DNA from: Nitrosopumilaceae archaeon
Lineage (GTDB): Archaea; Thermoproteota; Nitrososphaeria; Nitrososphaerales; Nitrosopumilaceae
Assembly (NCBI GenBank): GCA_965209085.1
Contig: OZ242376.1
Span: forward strand, 320,001 to 384,000
DNA length: 64,000 nucleotides
Reading direction: 5' to 3'
This document shows, piece after piece, positions 58,077 through 64,000 of this stretch (the first letter of the stretch is position 1; every line of letters begins with the position of its first letter). The notes under the pieces are model-generated. The model was not told the origin of the DNA, did no database searches, and worked only from the letters and a program-made list of their open reading frames with translations. The position numbers and the translations under genes are program-made.

Positions 58077-59069
58077 GTGTATGCCGTAGAAACAAAATCC
58101 CTTACAAAAATGTACGGGAATTCGACGGCGCTTGATTCAATATCCCTCAAAGTTGAAGAGGGTGAGATCTATGGATTTTTGGGACCAAACGGGGCCGGAA
58201 AGAGCACCACCATGATGATACTGACAACACTGCTAAAACCTACGTCCGGTTCTGCATTTGTATTTGGCGACAACGTTCTTACCGACGCCCGCAAAGTGCG
58301 ATGCAACATAGGATGCGTACAGCAGGATACGGTGGCAGATGAATTTCTAACCGGAAGGGAAAACCTGTATCTGCAGGCCCGGCTTAGCCACATACCTTCT
58401 GGGGATGCAAAGCGGCGCATAGATGAGATACTCTCAATGATAGAGCTTGAAGACCGGCAAAACGATCCGGTACTGACGTATTCTGGAGGAATGCGCAAAC
58501 GGCTTGACATTGCCAGCGGTCTGCTGCACATGCCGCGTGTGCTGTTTCTTGACGAACCAACGGTAGGTCTTGACACGCAGACGCGCAGAAGAATATGGGA
58601 ATACATACGCAGAATAAACGGCGAGTACGGAATGAGCGTGTTTTTGACCACGCATTATATGGATGAGGCAGATCAGCTGTGCAGCCGCGTGGCCATAATA
58701 GACAAGGGAAAGATACAGGCGGTGGATACGCCTTCGGCCATGAAAAAATCACTCGGTGGCGAGGTTGTACGGCTTTCCGTGGAAACCGGTGCAGCAGATC
58801 TGGCAAAAAAACTGGCAGAATCCAAGTACGTATCGGAGGTGGCCTCGGTTGCAGGCGGAGAGATAAAGATGTACGTCAACGACGGGGTAAAGGCAACGCG
58901 TGATGTGATGCAGATATGCGGCCAGATTGGTTCTGAGATTGTCTCGCTTTCAGTGGGACAACAGACGCTTGATGACGTATTTGTCTCGTATACTGGCCGT
59001 GATCTGCGCGACAGCGGAGGATTTGACAGAAAAAAAGAGAAACGCAAAATGAGGAAGATGCGGCTGTGA
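58077..59069 (+). CDS. ABC-2 exporter ATP-binding subunit (DrrA-like)
   Basis: GPNGAGKST, YSGGM, LFLDEPT, TTHYMDEA. Confidence 0.96.
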   Translation: MYAVETKSLTKMYGNSTALDSISLKVEEGEIYGFLGPNGAGKSTTMMILTTLLKPTSGSAFVFGDNVLTDARKVRCNIGCVQQDTVADEFLTGRENLYLQARLSHIPSGDAKRRIDEILSMIELEDRQNDPVLTYSGGMRKRLDIASGLLHMPRVLFLDEPTVGLDTQTRRRIWEYIRRINGEYGMSVFLTTHYMDEADQLCSRVAIIDKGKIQAVDTPSAMKKSLGGEVVRLSVETGAADLAKKLAESKYVSEVASVAGGEIKMYVNDGVKATRDVMQICGQIGSEIVSLSVGQQTLDDVFVSYTGRDLRDSGGFDRKKEKRKMRKMRL

Positions 59070-59842
59070 TAGTATCCGACGTGTACACTGTATTTTGGAG
59101 GGAGATGAAACGCTATAAAAAATCTCGCAGCGGCGTGCTCATACGTCTAATACAACCGGCAGTATGGATTATAGTTATAGGAAATACGTTTTCCGGAACG
59201 CAGCCTCTCATAGAGGCGGTTGGATTTGACGGGGAATATATTGAATTTATGGCTCCGGGTGTAATCGTACTTACGGCAATATTTACCAGCATCTTTGGAG
59301 GCGTTAATACACTGTGGGACAGACGGTACGGATTTATGAACAAAGTTCTCATGTCGCCAATCTCGAGAGTTTCAATAGCTTTGGGCAAAATGCTCGCAAT
59401 ATCGATGATTGCCGCAATGCAGGCTGCATTAATAATCGCAATAGCATTGGCAATCGGCGTAAGCTATCCTGGAGCGGGCGCCATAGCACTGGTAATGGGT
59501 ATTGTGGTGCTGTTTTCACTGGGATTCTCCGGCATTTCAGTTGCAGTGGCCGCAACTGCAAAGTCGCAGGAGACATTTTGGGGAGTGATCAATTTTCTTG
59601 GAATGCCTCTTTTTATGCTCAGCCCTGCACTTTTTCCACTGGAACTGCTCCCCGATTGGCTCGCTTTTGTGGCAAAACTCAACCCTGTAACGTACACGGT
59701 GTTGTTAATACGCAGTCTAATGACCGGCGTAGACGCGGGCGTACCAACATTTACCAGTCTTGGCGTGATATTCGCATTCGTAATAGTGATGGTATTTGTG
59801 GCCGGATACGTCTTTACACGTGAGGCTACAAAGCCGTTTTAA
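59066..59842 (+). CDS. ABC-2 exporter permease
   Basis: FMAPG, DRRYGF, LGK, LPDWL..NPVTY; six TM helices. Confidence 0.95.
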   Translation: MIVSDVYTVFWREMKRYKKSRSGVLIRLIQPAVWIIVIGNTFSGTQPLIEAVGFDGEYIEFMAPGVIVLTAIFTSIFGGVNTLWDRRYGFMNKVLMSPISRVSIALGKMLAISMIAAMQAALIIAIALAIGVSYPGAGAIALVMGIVVLFSLGFSGISVAVAATAKSQETFWGVINFLGMPLFMLSPALFPLELLPDWLAFVAKLNPVTYTVLLIRSLMTGVDAGVPTFTSLGVIFAFVIVMVFVAGYVFTREATKPF

Positions 59843-59914
59843 TCGTCAAAATTGACCAAATCAGCAAGAAATAATCACACAGAGGATCTTTTTAGATAAA
59901 TTAGAGTAAAATAC

Positions 59915-62900
59915 ATGAAATTCTGGCACCTGTTACCAGCATTGGCGCTCTCTATGATGCTTGCTGCAGCAATTCCTGCAGTCAGTGCAAGCTATGATTA
60001 TCCGTTTGTTCTAAAATGGGGGGAGCGTGGAATTGGAACTTTTGGAGAATTTTCCAGTCCGCAGTATGCAGCAGTTGATTCCAACGGTTCAGTATACGTT
60101 ACGGATCTTGGAAACAAACGAGTTCAAAAATTCAGCGGAGACGGGGAATTTTTAACCGCATGGGGAAATTCCGGCAGCCTGCCAGGAGAGTTTAACGCGC
60201 CGGCAGGAATAGCCGTATACGGGGAGAGTGTTTACGTGGTGGACAGACACCTGCACCGCGTGCAGCAGTTTGATCTTGACGGCAATTTTGTAAATGAATG
60301 GGGATCGAAAGGATCCGGAGACGGGGAATTTTTACTTCCAAATGGAATTGATACTGACATCAACGGTTCCGTATACGTGATTGACACCGGAAACCAGCGG
60401 GTACAGGTATTTACATTTGACGGGGAATATGTTTTTGAATTTGGCTCAAGCGGAACACAAGATGACAAATTTCTAAACCCGGTGGGAATATCCGTGGAGA
60501 ATGGAGCAGCGTACGTGACGGATGCGGGAAACAACGCGGTCAAAAAATTCAAGACAGACGGAACTTTTATAAAAAATTATGATTCAAGCAGCGGCGGACT
60601 TGTGATGGGTCCATACGGAATACAGGGCGACGGGGACGGAAACATGTACATTGCAGACTATCGCAACAACCGCATCCTGTATCTTGGAGGCGACGGTCTT
60701 GCCATAACCTCGTGGGGCAAAGGAGGTGTAAGAGACGGGGACTTTATGTCGCCAACTGATGTTGTCATGGATGATAACGGATATCTTTTTGTAACTGATA
60801 CAAACGGCAACAGAATTCAAAAATTCAGCTCCCCCATGGTGCGGGAGATGTCCATGCCCGAGGAGATTCCTGACGCACCGGAGCAGGAAATTCCAGCAGA
60901 GCCTGAACCCATACAGGGACATCCTGACACTATACCGCCGATACTCCAACTTCCAAACCATATCTCTGGAGATATTGTAAAGCCCACCATACTTGTGCCG
61001 GCGGATCTAACCGTAGAGGTCACCGGACATCTTACCGCGATAAACATTGGCCACGCATCAGCACATGATGAGAGCGGAATACAGTTGCTAACAAACAACG
61101 CGCCTTCAAAATTCACGCTTGGTACCAGCACCATAATCTGGACTGCCATAGACGGTTCGGGCAATTTGGCAGTGGCGCCCCAACAGATAACCGTACAGGA
61201 TACAATGCCTCCGGTAATAACGCCGATGGACAACGTTACACTGCTTGCAGTGCATCCGACGTTAAATTTGGTCCTACTAAATGCCCCTAACGTATATGAT
61301 ACACTGGGCGTACTCTCGCTTACAAATGATGCGCCAGAGCACTTTGTAATCGGAACCACCGCCGTAACGTGGACTGCAATGGACGTGGTGGCAAATACTG
61401 CAAAATTCGTCCAATACGTCCATCTGGTGGATATTGAGCCGCCCGTACTGTACGTGCCAAAAGCAATAGTGCAGGAAGCGGTTGCAGTTTTTGAAAATCT
61501 CGTAGATCTTGGGAATGCAAACGTGACTGACAACAGCCTTGCAGCGCACGTGGGCAACGACGCTCCTGAATACTTTCCACTTGGAAACACCACTGTAATC
61601 TGGACTGCAACTGACGGTTCGGGAAATTCGATATCCGACGTGCAAAACGTTATGATAACTGACACGACAGCGCCGCAGTTTGATCCAATAAATGCAATCC
61701 TATCCGAGGCTGTCACGGCTGTGGCCAACAAAATAAACCTGACCGAACCTTACGCATATGATGTACAAAATTTTACGATATCAAACAATGCCCCGGACGC
61801 ATTTCCAACGGGAACCACCCTGATAACATGGGTTGCAGTTGACGCGTACGGAAACAAGGCCACAGCAATTCAAAACGTAACCATACGGGACACGACGCCT
61901 CCGGCAATAAACCATACCGGAGATGTAATCGCAGAGGCGGCCGGACCGCACGGAACCCCCGTGGTACTGCAGATACCCCAAACAACTGATGCAATATCTG
62001 CAGTCAACGTGACAAATGACGCACCGGATCTTTACGCACTTGGAGAGACAAACGTAACGTGGATTGCTGCGGATGAAAACGGCAACAATGTGAGCATTAT
62101 ACAAAAAATAACAGTCCTGGATACGATTGCGCCTGAAATTACGATACTGACGGAAATCATTGCAGAAGCTATAGGATACATGAACAATACCGTGGATATC
62201 GGCCTGCCTGTGGTGTATGACATCGTAGGAGTGGAAAATCTGACAAACGATGCCCCGCAGGCGTATGCGGTGGGAACCACGACTGTAACATGGATTGCAT
62301 CTGATGAATCTAAAAACACAGCAAATGCAACGCAGACTGTTACCATAGTGGACACAAAACAGCCATCCATTACTGCACCATTTGACATTATAGTGGAAGC
62401 TCAAAACCCCAACGGCGAACCGGTCGCAATAGGCAAAGCATCGGCAGGCGATGCGGTGGGAATATTCGAGGTGAGACACGACGCGCCTGAAATATTTCCA
62501 TTTGGAATTACAAACGTAACATGGACTGCCACGGACATGTCTGGCAATTCAAATTCCACAGTGCAGACTGTAACCGTACATGACACCGTACCTCCAAGCA
62601 TAACGGCACCGCAAAACGTGACAATAGAGGCGCAAAGTCCTGCATCAAACCGGGTGGAACTGGGCGTTGCACTGGCAGATGATGCAGTAGGCGTGGTGGA
62701 ATTAAGGCACAACTCTCCGCTACTCTTCCTAATGGGAACCACTCTGATAACGTGGACCGCCACTGACGCTTCGGGCAATTTTGCATCAGATGTGCAGACT
62801 GTTTTAGTGCATGATACGAGCAGTCCGGCACTTGAAATTCCAGCGGATATTACAGCAGAAGCTGTATCTGCAAACGGAACCGCGATACCGATAGGTGATG

Positions 62901-64000
62901 CTACGGCAACTGACATTGACGAGATTGAAATTACAAACAACGCTCCGGAACTTTATGCAATCGGAACAACACTGGTGACGTGGACCGCCACTGACGCTTC
63001 GGGCAATTTTGCATCAGATGTGCAGACTGTTCTAGTGCACGATACGAGCAGTCCGGCAGTGGCGGCACCTGCGGACATAACATCAGAGGCAATTGCGACA
63101 AACACCCCCGTTAATACCGGAATTGCAATAGCATACGATACTGCAGGCGCAGTATCTGTCACAAGTGACGCTCCGGCCGCATTTCTGATTGGCGTAACGC
63201 AGGTAACATGGACTGCAACAGACGGCGCAGGAAACACCGCTTTTGCCGTACAGGAAATAAACATCATAGATAGTACATCTCCAATAGTTGCAGCTCCGGC
63301 AAACGTTGCAGCAGAGGCTCAATCCGAGAACGGGGCAAAAGCTGACATTGGTACTGCCACTGCAACGGACATTGGAGAGGTAACAATATCAAACAACGCC
63401 CCTGAAATATTCCCAATTGGAAAGACACAGGTAACATGGACTGCAGTTGACGCATCAGGCAACGGGGCAACTGTTGTACAAAACATCACAGTATCTGATA
63501 CAACAGCACCTGTAATAACGGCGCCGGCCAACGTAACAGCAGAAGCGGTTGCACACAACACGCCTGTGGAAATAGGCATTGCAAAGGCAACTGATACGGC
63601 GGGAAGGGTTTTGATCTCAAACAACGCCCCAAAATCATTTTTGATGGGTTCAGTACAGGTAACGTGGACTGCAGCGGATGATTCAGGTAACATTGCTGCG
63701 GTAATACAGATTGTGACCGTACAGGATACGACCGCGCCTGCCCTGACGCCTCCGGCAAACGTTACAGCAGAGGCTGAATCTGTAAACGGTGCGGTAGTTG
63801 CCATCGGTACTGCCACTGCAACGGACATTGGAGATGTAACAATATCAAACAACGCCCCTGAAATATTCCCAATTGGAAAGACACAGGTAACATGGACTGC
63901 AGTTGACGCATCAGGCAACGGGGCGAATGCGGTACAGACTGTGAAAGTCTCTGATACAGTTGTGCCCGTAATAGTTGCACCTGTGGGAATTACAGCCGAA
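59915..64000 (+). CDS. Giant surface protein: signal peptide, NHL beta-propeller, then a long array of HYR domains (3' end outside window; not in ORF track)
   Basis: MKFWHLLPALAL..; FSSPQYAAVDSNGSVYVTDLGNKRVQKF-type NHL repeats; repeated NDAP..F.LG.T.VTWTA.D..GN....Q.V.V.DT units of about 76 aa. Confidence 0.92.
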   Translation, partial: MKFWHLLPALALSMMLAAAIPAVSASYDYPFVLKWGERGIGTFGEFSSPQYAAVDSNGSVYVTDLGNKRVQKFSGDGEFLTAWGNSGSLPGEFNAPAGIAVYGESVYVVDRHLHRVQQFDLDGNFVNEWGSKGSGDGEFLLPNGIDTDINGSVYVIDTGNQRVQVFTFDGEYVFEFGSSGTQDDKFLNPVGISVENGAAYVTDAGNNAVKKFKTDGTFIKNYDSSSGGLVMGPYGIQGDGDGNMYIADYRNNRILYLGGDGLAITSWGKGGVRDGDFMSPTDVVMDDNGYLFVTDTNGNRIQKFSSPMVREMSMPEEIPDAPEQEIPAEPEPIQGHPDTIPPILQLPNHISGDIVKPTILVPADLTVEVTGHLTAINIGHASAHDESGIQLLTNNAPSKFTLGTSTIIWTAIDGSGNLAVAPQQITVQDTMPPVITPMDNVTLLAVHPTLNLVLLNAPNVYDTLGVLSLTNDAPEHFVIGTTAVTWTAMDVVANTAKFVQYVHLVDIEPPVLYVPKAIVQEAVAVFENLVDLGNANVTDNSLAAHVGNDAPEYFPLGNTTVIWTATDGSGNSISDVQNVMITDTTAPQFDPINAILSEAVTAVANKINLTEPYAYDVQNFTISNNAPDAFPTGTTLITWVAVDAYGNKATAIQNVTIRDTTPPAINHTGDVIAEAAGPHGTPVVLQIPQTTDAISAVNVTNDAPDLYALGETNVTWIAADENGNNVSIIQKITVLDTIAPEITILTEIIAEAIGYMNNTVDIGLPVVYDIVGVENLTNDAPQAYAVGTTTVTWIASDESKNTANATQTVTIVDTKQPSITAPFDIIVEAQNPNGEPVAIGKASAGDAVGIFEVRHDAPEIFPFGITNVTWTATDMSGNSNSTVQTVTVHDTVPPSITAPQNVTIEAQSPASNRVELGVALADDAVGVVELRHNSPLLFLMGTTLITWTATDASGNFASDVQTVLVHDTSSPALEIPADITAEAVSANGTAIPIGDATATDIDEIEITNNAPELYAIGTTLVTWTATDASGNFASDVQTVLVHDTSSPAVAAPADITSEAIATNTPVNTGIAIAYDTAGAVSVTSDAPAAFLIGVTQVTWTATDGAGNTAFAVQEINIIDSTSPIVAAPANVAAEAQSENGAKADIGTATATDIGEVTISNNAPEIFPIGKTQVTWTAVDASGNGATVVQNITVSDTTAPVITAPANVTAEAVAHNTPVEIGIAKATDTAGRVLISNNAPKSFLMGSVQVTWTAADDSGNIAAVIQIVTVQDTTAPALTPPANVTAEAESVNGAVVAIGTATATDIGDVTISNNAPEIFPIGKTQVTWTAVDASGNGANAVQTVKVSDTVVPVIVAPVGITAE

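Noticed and set aside
60232-63980. Many minus-strand ORFs in the track
   Set aside because: Antisense shadows of the plus-strand NHL/HYR gene, which the track omits because it has no stop in the window
1-64000. CRISPR array, cas genes, transposase, integrase, rRNA
   Set aside because: None seen; all longer repeats found are intragenic or the single 21-bp pair

Overview
This window comes from an ammonia-oxidising archaeon (Thaumarchaeota/Nitrososphaeria, Nitrosopumilaceae-like). A host-associated, Cenarchaeum-like lineage is plausible from the giant surface proteins and moderate GC, but that is inference. It is mostly core genome: aconitase end, pdxST, the secE-spt5-rpl11-rpl1-rpl10-rpl12 cluster, rpl32e/rpl19e, pckA, scpA, rpl21e-rpoF-ksgA cluster, radA, SSB, a tetrapyrrole cluster (hemB, hemA, Met8/SirC, fused AhbAB, ChdC/Cld), endA structural subunit, purE and an ABC exporter. 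Five tRNAs are present (Trp with two introns, Tyr and Leu with one each, Gly, Glu). AT-rich accessory inserts include a secreted-protein islet after tRNA-Tyr, a DUF2075 nuclease-helicase next to radA, and a 750-bp islet flanked by a perfect 21-bp direct repeat. Reading outside the ORF track found secE, a 46-aa 9-Cys metallothionein-like gene with its own TATA box, a 33-aa CxxC..CxxC micro-protein, a box C/D sRNA, and a giant NHL+HYR surface protein running off the window end. No database searches were run; family calls rest on recognised motifs.
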